The notes: generated from the sequence alone by a model not told the origin. Positions 16,393 to 27,218 are shown, counted from the stretch's first letter. The stretch is 27,305 nt of DNA from Deltaproteobacteria bacterium (GCA_046583355.1 JAYGCM010000021.1:1-27305), one strand, 5' to 3'. Made by a program: numbers and translations.

Positions 16393-16749
16393 ATGAAGAT
16401 CCCCTCGCAATGGAGCGTCGAACTCACTCATTTCGGCCGTAAAAGCGGCAAGCCCTTCAAGCTACGCGTCTGGTACGTCGAGATCGATGGTGATCTCTGG
16501 GTCGGCACGCGCGACAAGACGAATCATTGGGTGCGCAACCTGCGTGCAACCGGTCGCGCCGAGCTCGATTTCGGCCAGGAGGGAGTCGCCTTTGGTTGCG
16601 AACAGGCGGCCAGCGAGGCCGAGCAGCAGCGTTTTGATCAGGCGATACTCGCCAAGCACCCTATCGCCGGGCGCCTCATTGTCGCGATGGCCCGCGGCAA
16701 GAGCCCGTGCTGCTTTCGCCTGATCGCGGACGCCCCCACCAGCGACTGA
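16393..16749 (+). CDS. Deazaflavin(F420)-dependent nitroreductase (Ddn/DUF385)-like split-barrel protein
   Basis: LTHFGRKSGK and WVRNLRA motifs. GGAGAGG RBS precedes ATG 16393. Confidence 0.7.
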   Translation: MKIPSQWSVELTHFGRKSGKPFKLRVWYVEIDGDLWVGTRDKTNHWVRNLRATGRAELDFGQEGVAFGCEQAASEAEQQRFDQAILAKHPIAGRLIVAMARGKSPCCFRLIADAPTSD

Positions 16750-16778
16750 ACCCCGCAAGCTCCCGCGAGTCGCGCGCC

Positions 16779-16817
16779 AAAAAAAAAGAGGCGCGGAGCA
16801 TAAGCTCCGCGCCTCTT
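16779..16817 (-). terminator. Rho-independent terminator of groESL
   Basis: Perfect stem AAGAGGCGCGGAGC-ATAA-GCTCCGCGCCTCTT, with an A9 run on the plus strand (U-tract on minus) at 16779-16787. Confidence 0.92.
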
Positions 16818-16859
16818 CCCATCGCGCCTACGTGGCCGCGATGAATTGCAAGATCTGGC

Positions 16860-18545
<1,686 letters not shown>

Positions 18546-18833
18546 CTACTCAAGGACGCCGAGGATATCGTCTTCGCGCATGATGAGATGGTCCTCACCG
18601 TCGAGCTTGACTTCCGTGCCGGCATATTTGCCAAAGAGGACTCTGTCGCCCTTCTTCACGTCGAGAGGCTGAAGCTTGCCGTCGTCGCCGATTTTACCTT
18701 TGCCAACCGCGACGATTTTCCCCTCCTGGGGCTTTTCCTTCGCGTTGTCGGGGATGATGATGCCCCCCTTGGTGGTTTCTTCCTCGTCGACACGCAGCAC
18801 AATGATGCGGTCCTGCAACGGACGAATCTTCAT
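18546..18833 (-). CDS. groS: Co-chaperonin GroES
   Basis: MKIRPLQDR...[16 protein letters not shown]...KYAGTE...REDDILG. AGGAGAGAGG RBS precedes ATG 18833. Confidence 0.99.
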   Translation of the reverse strand: MKIRPLQDRIIVLRVDEEETTKGGIIIPDNAKEKPQEGKIVAVGKGKIGDDGKLQPLDVKKGDRVLFGKYAGTEVKLDGEDHLIMREDDILGVLE

Positions 18834-18939
18834 ATGCCTCTCTCCTTCTCCTAGGTGACCCCAGGTCATGGGGTGTAGTTACTGAATTTCCGGCGGTACT
18901 CAGCCCGCAGGCCAAGCGTCTCCCCCCCGGGACGCGAGC

Positions 18940-18967
18940 GTTTTAAGTACGCTCGCTCAATTGTCAA
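18940..18967 (-). promoter_or_regulatory. Probable groESL promoter
   Basis: Minus strand TTGACA-N16-TAAAAC. The -10 box lies within an 8-bp inverted repeat (18934-18956). Confidence 0.55.
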
Positions 18968-18989
18968 GGCTCCTGCCTTGAAAGATCGG

Positions 18990-19259
18990 TTACCGCCCTC
19001 TGCGGCGGAGCTCTTCTTGGTAGTATTGGCGGTAGAGTACTTCGTACTCGGCGCTGCCCTCGGGCACCTTGCGCCCGAGCGACGCGACTTTGCGCGCCAC
19101 TTTTTCGTGCACGCCGGCTTCTTTGTCGAGCCGCCGACTAAGTGTTTTTTTGACTTCGGTAAGCGAGATGCGGTCGTGGGCCAGTGTGACGCCGGATTTC
19201 CGGATGGCATCGATGGCCTTATGAGCGAGGTGCGAGACCTGTGCTTCGGTAAACCGCAT
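18990..19259 (-). CDS. DUF507-like protein
   Basis: MRFTEAQVSHLAH...VPEGSAEYEVLYRQYYQEELRRRG matches the family pattern as recalled. Confidence 0.75.
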   Translation of the reverse strand: MRFTEAQVSHLAHKAIDAIRKSGVTLAHDRISLTEVKKTLSRRLDKEAGVHEKVARKVASLGRKVPEGSAEYEVLYRQYYQEELRRRGR

Positions 19260-19279
19260 GATGTTCCGGCACGGGCCTC

Positions 19280-19567
19280 CTAGAGAGGAAACCCACGCTC
19301 CTTGGCCAGGCGCTGCATGATCATTTGCGTAACCTTGTTGCGGTCCAGACCCAGCGCGTCACGGCCGGCGGCCTGCAGATGCTGGGCGGCCATCTTCGCG
19401 GCGTCTCTTTCCAGCGCGGCCTCTTCGGCAAAATAGGTGTTCAGCGCGCGTTCTACGGCGGCGATGGCGGGCCCGTGGCCGCTACCTGCTTCGAGCTGTT
19501 CGGCCCGGGCGAGATCATCTATGATGGCCTGGGCGACGCCCGCGATTTCTTGAGAGGAAAGACGCAC
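19280..19567 (-). CDS. DUF507-like protein (second type)
   Basis: Probable GTG start at 19567: MRLSSQEIAGVAQAIIDDL...LDRNKVTQMIMQRLAKERGFPL. Confidence 0.7.
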   Translation of the reverse strand: MRLSSQEIAGVAQAIIDDLARAEQLEAGSGHGPAIAAVERALNTYFAEEAALERDAAKMAAQHLQAAGRDALGLDRNKVTQMIMQRLAKERGFPL

Positions 19568-19668
19568 GTGACCTATGTGGATCCGCGCAAGCGAACCCAC
19601 CTTGGAGCTAACAATCGCAGCCCGGTTTGCAACCGAGAGTCCGGCGGTGGAGAGTTCGCCCCAGCGCG

Positions 19669-20589
19669 ATGAAACACCTTGTTGCAAAGCCCGCCGCGCT
19701 GCGTCCGGGCGACCGGATTGCGCTGGTCCTGCCCTCGGGCCCGGTCGACCCGGTGGAGCTTTCTCGGGGCCGAAAAATCCTTGAAGATAAAGGCTTTATT
19801 GTCGACCTCCCGGCCGCCTCGCCGCCCTTTCGGATCTTCGCCGCCAGCGACCAGGACAGGTACCAGGAACTCTCCGGGGTCTTTGCCGACCCGGGCGTTC
19901 GGGCGGTTTGGGCCGCGCGGGGGGGCTACGGAATGAATCGGATTCTTCCCCGGCTCGACGCTGCCTGGTTGCGCGCCCACCCCAAACTCGTGATCGGCTT
20001 CAGCGACGCGACCGCTTTGCTGACCCACCAGGTGCAGCGGGCCGGCGTCGCCGCCATCCACGGCCCCATGGTGGCCCACGACCTGGTCCGGGAGGCGGAA
20101 AAGGGCGGGCTCAGGCATCTCCTGGAGATCTGTGCCGGCCGGGCCGATTGGCAGATTCCCATTCCGACGACGCTCAGGGCCGGCCGGGCCGAGGGGCCGG
20201 TGGCCGGCGGCTGCTTGAGCGTGCTCGCCTCGCTGGCCGGTACGCCCGCGGCGGTCTCCTTTGCGGGGCGCATTGCGCTGCTTGAGGACCATTTCGAGGC
20301 GCCGCAGCGCCGCATCGACCGTCTGCTGATTCAGTTGCGCCAATCCGGCGCCTTCGACGGCGTACGCGGGATCTTCTTCGGTGTGATGCACGAATGCGGC
20401 AATGAGGCGGAATTGGCCGAGACGATCCTCGATTGTCTCGGCGACCTCGGCGTGCCGATCGGCTTCGGCGCCCCGGTCGGCCATGGCCCCTCTCATCTCG
20501 CCATTCCCTTCGGCATTGCTACCGAACTCGTGCTAGCGGACTCTGCAGGCGGGCGGCTGCTGGGCCGAGAATCCGCGGTTACGGGATAG
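19669..20589 (+). CDS. ldcA: Muramoyltetrapeptide LD-carboxypeptidase (peptidase S66)
   Basis: Motifs LRPGDRIALV.PS, ARGGYG, IGFSD (Ser), HGPM, GGCLS, LLED (Glu) and GHG (His). Confidence 0.9.
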   Translation: MKHLVAKPAALRPGDRIALVLPSGPVDPVELSRGRKILEDKGFIVDLPAASPPFRIFAASDQDRYQELSGVFADPGVRAVWAARGGYGMNRILPRLDAAWLRAHPKLVIGFSDATALLTHQVQRAGVAAIHGPMVAHDLVREAEKGGLRHLLEICAGRADWQIPIPTTLRAGRAEGPVAGGCLSVLASLAGTPAAVSFAGRIALLEDHFEAPQRRIDRLLIQLRQSGAFDGVRGIFFGVMHECGNEAELAETILDCLGDLGVPIGFGAPVGHGPSHLAIPFGIATELVLADSAGGRLLGRESAVTG

Positions 20590-21705
20590 ATGGGATTTGC
20601 AGCAGTCGAAGCGGCGCTAGAAGAAGCCGTCGCGAAAAAAGCCTTCCCCGGCGCCGTGCTGCGCGTCAGCCGGGATGGCGAGAAGCTTTTTGAGCATGCC
20701 GTTGGGTCGCGTGCGCTGGTGCCGTCCATGGCGCCGGTCTCGGTCGATACCGTCTTCGACCTCAGTTCGCTGACCAAGCCGCTCGCCACGACTCTCGCCA
20801 TTCTTCTCCTGGTGCGCGACCATCGCCTCGATATAGATGAGCGGGTTGGTCGCTATCTGCCGAATTTCGCCGTCTTCGGCAAAAAGGAGGTCACCCTCCG
20901 CCATCTCCTGAACCATTCCTCGGGGCTGGTGGCGCACCGGCCCTTCTTCAAGGAAGCGAGCAGGCTCGGGCGGCCCAATTTTGTCGGCAGCCGCGAGGCC
21001 CGGCCTTGGATCTACGAGCAGGTGCACCGCGAACGCTCGGCCTCGAAGCCGGGTACGCGGATGGTCTACAGCGACCTGGGCTTCATCATCCTGGGCCAGT
21101 TGGTCGAGACGGCCAGTGCCATGACGCTCGACGAGTTCTGCCGCCGCCGCATCTTCGGGCCTGCGCAGCTCAAGGAGCTGGGCTTCATCGACCTCACGAT
21201 GGTCCGCGCGGGCCGCGTCGCGCCGGTCTCCGAGCGCATTGCCGCAACCTCGAAATGCTCCTGGCGCGGCAAGGTGCTCTGCGGCGAGGTGGAAGACGAA
21301 AATGCCTGGACGATGGCGGGCGTCGCGGGCCACGCCGGCCTCTTCGGCACCGCCGCCGATGTGGACACATTGGCGACCCTCATTGAGTCCGCCGGCCGCA
21401 AGACCGGTGGGCTTCTGCCAAGGGAATTGGTGCGCGAGATGTGGACGCTCGACGAGCAGGTCGTGGGCTCCACGCGCACGCTTGGCTGGGACACGCCGGC
21501 GGCAAAGAACTCGGCGGCGGGCACGCGGATGTCGGGCCGTACCGTCGGGCATCTGGGTTTCACCGGGACCTCGCTTTGGCTTGACCTTGAGCAACGCGTG
21601 CATATCATTTTGCTCACCAATCGGGTGCATCCCTCGCGCGACAATGAGAAAATCCGTGAATGGCGCCCGCGTTTGCATGACCTGGTGATGGAGGCGTTGG
21701 CTTGA
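20590..21705 (+). CDS. Serine hydrolase, beta-lactamase/penicillin-binding-protein-like family, no signal peptide
   Basis: FDLSSLTK (SxxK), LLNHSSGL, YSDLGF, GHAGLF, GHLGFTG and LLTNRVHP. Confidence 0.9.
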   Translation: MGFAAVEAALEEAVAKKAFPGAVLRVSRDGEKLFEHAVGSRALVPSMAPVSVDTVFDLSSLTKPLATTLAILLLVRDHRLDIDERVGRYLPNFAVFGKKEVTLRHLLNHSSGLVAHRPFFKEASRLGRPNFVGSREARPWIYEQVHRERSASKPGTRMVYSDLGFIILGQLVETASAMTLDEFCRRRIFGPAQLKELGFIDLTMVRAGRVAPVSERIAATSKCSWRGKVLCGEVEDENAWTMAGVAGHAGLFGTAADVDTLATLIESAGRKTGGLLPRELVREMWTLDEQVVGSTRTLGWDTPAAKNSAAGTRMSGRTVGHLGFTGTSLWLDLEQRVHIILLTNRVHPSRDNEKIREWRPRLHDLVMEALA

Positions 21706-23123
21706 GCATAGCCGCGCCGGCTTCCATGGACGTACACCTCACGGCTATCGGCGGGGTAGGGATGACCGCATTGGCCGGCCTGCTGCAGCAACTCGGCCAC
21801 CGCGTGCGCGGCTCGGATGTCGAGGTCTACCCGCCCGCAAGCGAGACGCTCGCGCGCCTGGGCGTAGCCGTGGCAAAGGGGTATGCGGCGCAAAACCTCG
21901 AGCCACGCCCGGATCTGGTTGTCATGGGTAACGCGATTTCACGTGACAATCCCGAGGCCATCGCCGCGCGCGAGGCCGGCCTCGAGACCGTGTCGATGCC
22001 CGCGGCCATCGCGAAACTCTGCTTGCCGCAACGGATGCCCTTGGTGGTCGCCGGCACGCATGGCAAGACGACCTCGGCCACGTTCCTCGCCTGGGTTTTG
22101 CAGACGGCGGGCCTGGCACCGGGTTGGTTCATTGGTGGGATACCGCTGGACCTGCCGGGGCCCTGCGCGCTGGGTTCGGGTGCTTCCTTTGTGCTGGAGG
22201 GCGACGAATACGACTCGGCGTATTTCGACAAAGGGCCGAAATTTCTTCATTATCGCCCGCAGGCCGTCCTGCTTACCTCGGTCGAGTTCGACCACGCCGA
22301 TATCTACCGGGACCTGGCGCATGTGAAGGAAAGCTTCGCCTCGCTCCTCGCGATTCTGCCCGCCGAGGCGCCGCTGGTCGTCAGCGCCGATTACCCGCAT
22401 GCGCTGGCCGTGGCGCGTGCCAGCGGGCATGAATTCACCAGCTTCGCCAGCGCGGCCGCCGCCGATTGGCAGATCAAGGACCTGGTCGACGGTCCCGGCG
22501 GCTTGCGCTTTCGCGCCGAGGGGCGCGGTGAGGTGCTGGACTTCGTTACCCCGGTTCTGGGTGCCATGAACGCGCGCAATCTGCTCGGTGTCGCCCTGCT
22601 GGCCCGCGCCATCGGTGTCGAGCCGGCTGCCGTGGCCGAGGCCGCCGCGACCTTCCACGGTGTGCGCCGTCGCCAGGAGTTGGTCGTTCCTGGCGATATT
22701 GCATTGATTGACGATTTCGCCCACCACCCCACGGCGATCGCTCTGGCACTGGAGGCCGTGCGTGGGCGCTTTCCCGGCCGCCGCCTTTGGGCGCTCTTCG
22801 ACCCGCGCTCGAATACGACGCGGAGGCGGATTTTCCAGGACGAGATCGCGCAGGCATTGGGTGTGGCCGACCGGGTCTGCATCGGGCCGGTGAACCGCCC
22901 CGAGCAGATCGACGAAGCCGACCGCTTCTCGCCGGCCGAGGCCGTAGCGGCCCTCGGTGCCGCCGGCATAGGGGGCGTGGCCTGTGCGGATACCGACGCG
23001 ATCTTCGCCGAGGTGGTCGGCCATATGGCCGCCGGGGATGTCGTGACGATCCTCTCCAATGGTGCGTTTGGCGGCCTGCGGGCGCGTCTGGCGAGTGCCC
23101 TGGGCGCGGTGGATGGCGCTTGA
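21702..23123 (+). CDS. mpl: Murein peptide ligase (UDP-MurNAc:L-Ala-gamma-D-Glu-mDAP ligase), MurC/Mpl family
   Basis: IGGVGMTALA, GSD..VYPP, GTHGKTT, EGDEYDSAYFDK.PKFLHYRP, EFDHADIY, DDFAHHPTA, PRSNT and SNGAFGG. These are Mpl-type rather than MurC-type variants. The start may be ATG 21726. Confidence 0.88.
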   Translation: MSIAAPASMDVHLTAIGGVGMTALAGLLQQLGHRVRGSDVEVYPPASETLARLGVAVAKGYAAQNLEPRPDLVVMGNAISRDNPEAIAAREAGLETVSMPAAIAKLCLPQRMPLVVAGTHGKTTSATFLAWVLQTAGLAPGWFIGGIPLDLPGPCALGSGASFVLEGDEYDSAYFDKGPKFLHYRPQAVLLTSVEFDHADIYRDLAHVKESFASLLAILPAEAPLVVSADYPHALAVARASGHEFTSFASAAAADWQIKDLVDGPGGLRFRAEGRGEVLDFVTPVLGAMNARNLLGVALLARAIGVEPAAVAEAAATFHGVRRRQELVVPGDIALIDDFAHHPTAIALALEAVRGRFPGRRLWALFDPRSNTTRRRIFQDEIAQALGVADRVCIGPVNRPEQIDEADRFSPAEAVAALGAAGIGGVACADTDAIFAEVVGHMAAGDVVTILSNGAFGGLRARLASALGAVDGA

Positions 23124-23171
23124 GCTGGGCCAGCGGCCGGGCGGCCGGGCCGCGCCGGTGCGAGACTCCGC

Positions 23172-24032
23172 GTGATCTTTGCCGATCGCGACCTGCTGCG
23201 GCGCATGCAGGCTGCCTTATTGCCGCCTGCGGCGGGCTACCGCAGGACGCGCCAGGCGACGCCGGCATCGGCGCCGCCGATCCGCGCCGCGGTCACGGCT
23301 GCTGTCGCCACACTTTTTCGTCCGGAATTGGCGACCCAGGCTGGCGCGGGTTTTCTCGCCAGCCTTGCCTGCGATGACCTCGATGCGCTGACCGCCGCCC
23401 TGTGGCCGCGGGCATGGCGCGAGCGCTCGTTTATCGTCGAGGGGGCGGGCTATCTGCCGCCAGCCGGCCCGCTGGTGGTTGCCAGCTTTCACCTCTCGGG
23501 TGGCTTTCGGGTATTTGACGCGCTTGCGGCGCGCGGCTTTCGCCCGGCCTTTTTGCGCGTGCCCTTCAGCGGCGAGGGCTCGCGCTACCAACGCATAATC
23601 GAGCGGGCCCGCGCAGTGCATTTTCGCCGTGTCCTGGGCGATCGCCTGATCGAAGTCGGTCCGCAGGCGCGTGAGCGCCTGCGCGCGCACCTGGCCGAGG
23701 GCGGCGCCGTGGTTGCCCTGCTCGATGTCGCACCGGCCTCGCTCGGGCTACGCGATACGGCCACCGCCGTGCTCTTTGGTCGCGAGGTCCGCTTGGCGGT
23801 CGGGCTGATGCGTCTGGCCGTCGATACGGGCGCCAGCGTGCTTCCCTACGAGGGCCGTATCGAGAACGACGCCCGTATATTGCGCTTTCATCCGCCGGTC
23901 ACGGGCAGCACGCCCGAGGAAATTCTGCGCGCGACCGTGGCCGCGCTCGAATTGGTGATCCGACAGCGGCCGTGGGATTGGCAGGGATGGCTCGACTTCG
24001 AGGTTTTCCTGGAGAACCGGCCGCGTCCCTAG
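23172..24032 (+). CDS. LpxL/HtrB-like lipid acyltransferase family protein (divergent)
   Basis: GPLVVASFH, VVALLD, LFGR...GLMRLAVDTGASVLP and C-terminal IRQRPWDW. GTG start is uncertain. Confidence 0.6.
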   Translation: MIFADRDLLRRMQAALLPPAAGYRRTRQATPASAPPIRAAVTAAVATLFRPELATQAGAGFLASLACDDLDALTAALWPRAWRERSFIVEGAGYLPPAGPLVVASFHLSGGFRVFDALAARGFRPAFLRVPFSGEGSRYQRIIERARAVHFRRVLGDRLIEVGPQARERLRAHLAEGGAVVALLDVAPASLGLRDTATAVLFGREVRLAVGLMRLAVDTGASVLPYEGRIENDARILRFHPPVTGSTPEEILRATVAALELVIRQRPWDWQGWLDFEVFLENRPRP

Positions 24033-24069
24033 GTTTGCCTGGACGACCGGCCGGACCTCTACAGGCTGC

Positions 24070-26115
24070 TTAGTAAAGCCTGGGGTTCGGCACGGTCGCG
24101 CCGTAGAGCGCCCGGTAGATCCGGTAATTCTCCAGCACGGCCTTCACATAGCGGCGTGTCTCGCGGTAGGTGATCCGCTCGACGAATTCATCGCCCGGCC
24201 GCATGCCGTAGGAAGCCTGCCAACGCGCCACCGCGGCCGGCCCACCATTATAGGCAGCCAGGGCGGGGATGATCCGTCCCTGGTATTTGTCCAGGAGTTG
24301 GCGCAGGTAGCGCGCGCCCAAGTCGATATTGGTCGTGGCGACGGCAAGTTCCTCGCGCGAAACCGCGCGGCCGGCGGTTGCCGCGGCGGTGGCCGGCATG
24401 AGTTGCATGAGACCGAAGGCGCCCACGGGGGAGCGCGCGCGCTCCTCGAAGAGGCTCTCGCGGCGGGAGAGCGAGGCAAGCAGCAGGGGGTCGATGCGGT
24501 GGTGCGCGCCGGCGCGCTCGAAGGCGCCGCGATGCGCCCAGGGGTGGATACTTCGGGCAAGGCCCTTCTCGCCGCGCGATTCGAGCAGCCGTGCGATGCG
24601 GATCGAGCGGCCCCAGGCGCCGATCTGCGCATATTCCTGGAGCAGGAAGCGGGTTGAGCCAGTAGCGCGGCGCACGGCATCGAGTTCGCGCTCGGCGCTC
24701 TCGGGCAGGGCCAATTGATGCAGCAGATGGGCGCGGTCGAGGTGGCGCTGGGCGCTCGGGCTGATCGGCCTTGCCGCTAGAGGGGCGGCCGACACGCTTG
24801 CGGTGGCATGCGGGTCCGCGGCGCTGGGCGTGCTCGGGTTCGGCTGTAGCCACCACGCATAATAACTGGTCGGGAATTCGCGCAGCAGTTGGGCCGCGAC
24901 GGCGCGGGCTACGGGCATGCGCTGCATTGCGGCCAGCGCGCGCGAGCGCCAATAGAGTCCGGCCTCGTTGGCACCAAGTGCATGCCAGGCCTCGGCGGCC
25001 TTGGCCGGCTGGCCGTTGAGATAATGCGTAAAGCCGCGCCGCCAGGCCGCCGTTGCGGCGACCCGACTACCGGGATGGAGTTGCAGGATTTCGTCGTAGC
25101 GTGTCGCCGCGCGCGCCAACTCCCCGGCGGCCTCGGCGATGCGGGCCAGCGCGTGGCGCGCATCGGCGCTACGGGCATGGCCGGGGAAGCGCTCGAGGAG
25201 GAGTGCATAATCTTGTTTGGCTGCGGCATCTTCGTTGCGGTTCCAGGCAGTGCGGGCGCGTGCATAAAGCGCATTGCCGGCGAGGTCGGCCGGCTTGCCG
25301 CGGGCGATCAGCCCGGCCTGGAGCTTGTCTCCGGCGGCCGTCTTGCCCTGTGCCCGCGCCGCGGCCGCGCTGAGGGTCTCGGCCTCGGCGCGCGCGCGCG
25401 CCGAGGTCGCCGCGGTGAGCAGGGGGGCCAGGGCCGCGCGTGCCTCGCTGGCGTCGCCCGTACGCAACCGCGCTTTGCCGAGGCCGAGCGCGAACTCCTG
25501 GGCTGAGACACCGAGAGGGGTAGCTCCGCCTGCGGCCAGTTCTTCACGCAGGTCGCGTGCGGCCTTGGCTTCGGCTCCGTCTGCCGCCGCCAGGGCAAGC
25601 GCGAGCGGCCAGGCCTCGGCCGGGCGTCCGAGTGCGGCCAGCGCACGCGCGCGGCCGAGGCGTGCGGGAATCGGGTTGGGCAGGCTCGGTTCGCCCAAGG
25701 CTGCATCGAAATGGCGCAGCGCAGCGGCATTGGCGGCCGCATCGAGCGCCAGTTGGCCGCGCAGAACCAAGGCCTCGCCGCGCCAGATGCTCTCGCCATG
25801 GTCGGCCAGCAGACGCTCCAGATGGCGGCCGGCAGTCTTGTGGTCGTCGTCTTCTGCCGCAAATTGGGCGGCCCGGAAGAGTGCGTGGTCGGCCAACAGA
25901 GGCAATGCGTCGATGCTCGCCTCGAAGCCGGCTCGGGCGGCTTGGCGTTGGTCTGCCGCGGCATCCTTATATGCCTGCGCGAAGGTCTGGGCAGCCGGCG
26001 GCGGGTGGTGGGCTGCGGGCGCGGCGAAGGCCGCGGCGGGTCCGAGCAATAGAGTGCTCAGGGTGGCGCAAAGGAGGGTGTGGCGGCCTGTGGGCAGGCG
26101 GCGCCGGTCTCTCAT
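24070..26115 (-). CDS. slt: Soluble lytic murein transglycosylase (Slt70-like, TPR-like helical region plus SLT domain)
   Basis: RRESLF (catalytic Glu), GAFGLMQLMPATA, GARYL, LAAYNGG and ETRRYV. N-terminal signal peptide. Confidence 0.88.
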   Translation of the reverse strand: MRDRRRLPTGRHTLLCATLSTLLLGPAAAFAAPAAHHPPPAAQTFAQAYKDAAADQRQAARAGFEASIDALPLLADHALFRAAQFAAEDDDHKTAGRHLERLLADHGESIWRGEALVLRGQLALDAAANAAALRHFDAALGEPSLPNPIPARLGRARALAALGRPAEAWPLALALAAADGAEAKAARDLREELAAGGATPLGVSAQEFALGLGKARLRTGDASEARAALAPLLTAATSARARAEAETLSAAAARAQGKTAAGDKLQAGLIARGKPADLAGNALYARARTAWNRNEDAAAKQDYALLLERFPGHARSADARHALARIAEAAGELARAATRYDEILQLHPGSRVAATAAWRRGFTHYLNGQPAKAAEAWHALGANEAGLYWRSRALAAMQRMPVARAVAAQLLREFPTSYYAWWLQPNPSTPSAADPHATASVSAAPLAARPISPSAQRHLDRAHLLHQLALPESAERELDAVRRATGSTRFLLQEYAQIGAWGRSIRIARLLESRGEKGLARSIHPWAHRGAFERAGAHHRIDPLLLASLSRRESLFEERARSPVGAFGLMQLMPATAAATAGRAVSREELAVATTNIDLGARYLRQLLDKYQGRIIPALAAYNGGPAAVARWQASYGMRPGDEFVERITYRETRRYVKAVLENYRIYRALYGATVPNPRLY

Positions 26116-27200
26116 TCGGCGCTCGTGGCACGCGTGCCGGGTGCGCGCTTGCCACGATGGCGCGCCAGCCGGCGGTCGCGCAATTCGGTGGCCAGGTGGC
26201 GTAGGTCCGCGACGCGGTCGCTCTCGTCAATGATCTCGACGCCGAGGATGGTTTCCACCAGGTCCTCCAGCGTCACGACGCCGCTCACCCCGCCGAACTC
26301 GTCGACGGCCATGGCGAGGTGCTCGTGTGCGTCGAGGAAATGCCGCAGCGCTGCGGATAGAGGCATGGTCTCGGGCAGGAAATGCACGTCACGGCGAAAT
26401 TGCGCGAGCGGCGTGTCACGCGGCATGCCGCGCGCGGCCTCGAGCAGAACCTGGCGTTGCAGGACGTAGCCGGTCACTCGGTCGCGGTTGCCGGCAAAGA
26501 GGGGGACGCGTGAGAAGGCACTGGTTTCCGGGTGGTCCAGGAGGTCGCCGAGAACAGCGTTTTCCGGGAGCATGACAATCACCGTGCGCGGCGTCATCAC
26601 GTCTTCGACTTCAATGGAGTCGAACTCCAGGACATTCTCGAAGACGCGGCTTTGTTGCTTCTCGAGTGCGCCCTCGCGCGTTGCCATCGAGACCAGGGCG
26701 GCTAACTCGCCGCGTGAAATGGGCGCTCGGTGTGCCGGCGCGATCATGCGGGTAATGATGCGGGTGAGGACCAGCAGCGGCGCAAGGACGGTCGTGAGCA
26801 CGCGCAGCGTGGCGGCGACCAGCGGAACCAGTCGCGAGGCGTGCACGGTGCCGATTGTCTTGGGAATGATCTCGGTGAAGAGGAGCACCAGCAACGTGAG
26901 GACGCCGGAGAAGACACCGACCCAGGCGCTGCCGAAGACAACGGCGGCCTGAGCGCCTGCCAGCGCCGCACCGATCGTATGGGCGACAGTGTTGAGGATC
27001 AGGATGGCCGAGATCGCATCGTCAAGCCTATCCTGTTTGAGCACAAGCAGGCTGGCCGCCGCCTTGGAGCCTGCTTCGCGGCGTTCGGCGAGTTCGGTGA
27101 CCCGGATCGAGAGGAGAGTTGCCTCCAGAATCGAGCAGACGAAAGAAACCGTAAGGGCCGTGCCGACATAAAGAGTCAGCAGAGTCGCTTCAAAAGTCAA
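26112..27200 (-). CDS. CNNM (DUF21) + CBS-pair protein, hemolysin/CorB-like Mg2+ homeostasis family
   Basis: SFVCSILEATLLS, ILILNTVAHTIGA, EIIPKT, VMTPR, FSRVP and VDEFGGVSGVVTLEDLVETILG.EI.DE.D. TTG start. The stop overlaps the slt start (ATGA). Confidence 0.9.
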   Translation of the reverse strand: MTFEATLLTLYVGTALTVSFVCSILEATLLSIRVTELAERREAGSKAAASLLVLKQDRLDDAISAILILNTVAHTIGAALAGAQAAVVFGSAWVGVFSGVLTLLVLLFTEIIPKTIGTVHASRLVPLVAATLRVLTTVLAPLLVLTRIITRMIAPAHRAPISRGELAALVSMATREGALEKQQSRVFENVLEFDSIEVEDVMTPRTVIVMLPENAVLGDLLDHPETSAFSRVPLFAGNRDRVTGYVLQRQVLLEAARGMPRDTPLAQFRRDVHFLPETMPLSAALRHFLDAHEHLAMAVDEFGGVSGVVTLEDLVETILGVEIIDESDRVADLRHLATELRDRRLARHRGKRAPGTRATSAE

Positions 27201-27218
27201 GTTTCGTAGTCTCCGTAT

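Noticed and set aside
13674..16427. Very long overlapping ORFs on both strands (894 aa on +, 702 aa on -)
   Set aside because: They are codon-aligned antisense shadows typical of high-GC DNA. Only 15423-16358 (+) and 14319-15254 (-) have recognisable motifs.
18890..18915. CIRCE-like half sites (TTGGC...GAGTAC) in the groES leader
   Set aside because: The spacer is 5 nt instead of 9 and the arms match poorly.
20590..21705. Antibiotic-resistance beta-lactamase
   Set aside because: It has no signal peptide, YSD and HLG replace the AmpC YxN and KTG motifs, and it sits in a housekeeping operon.
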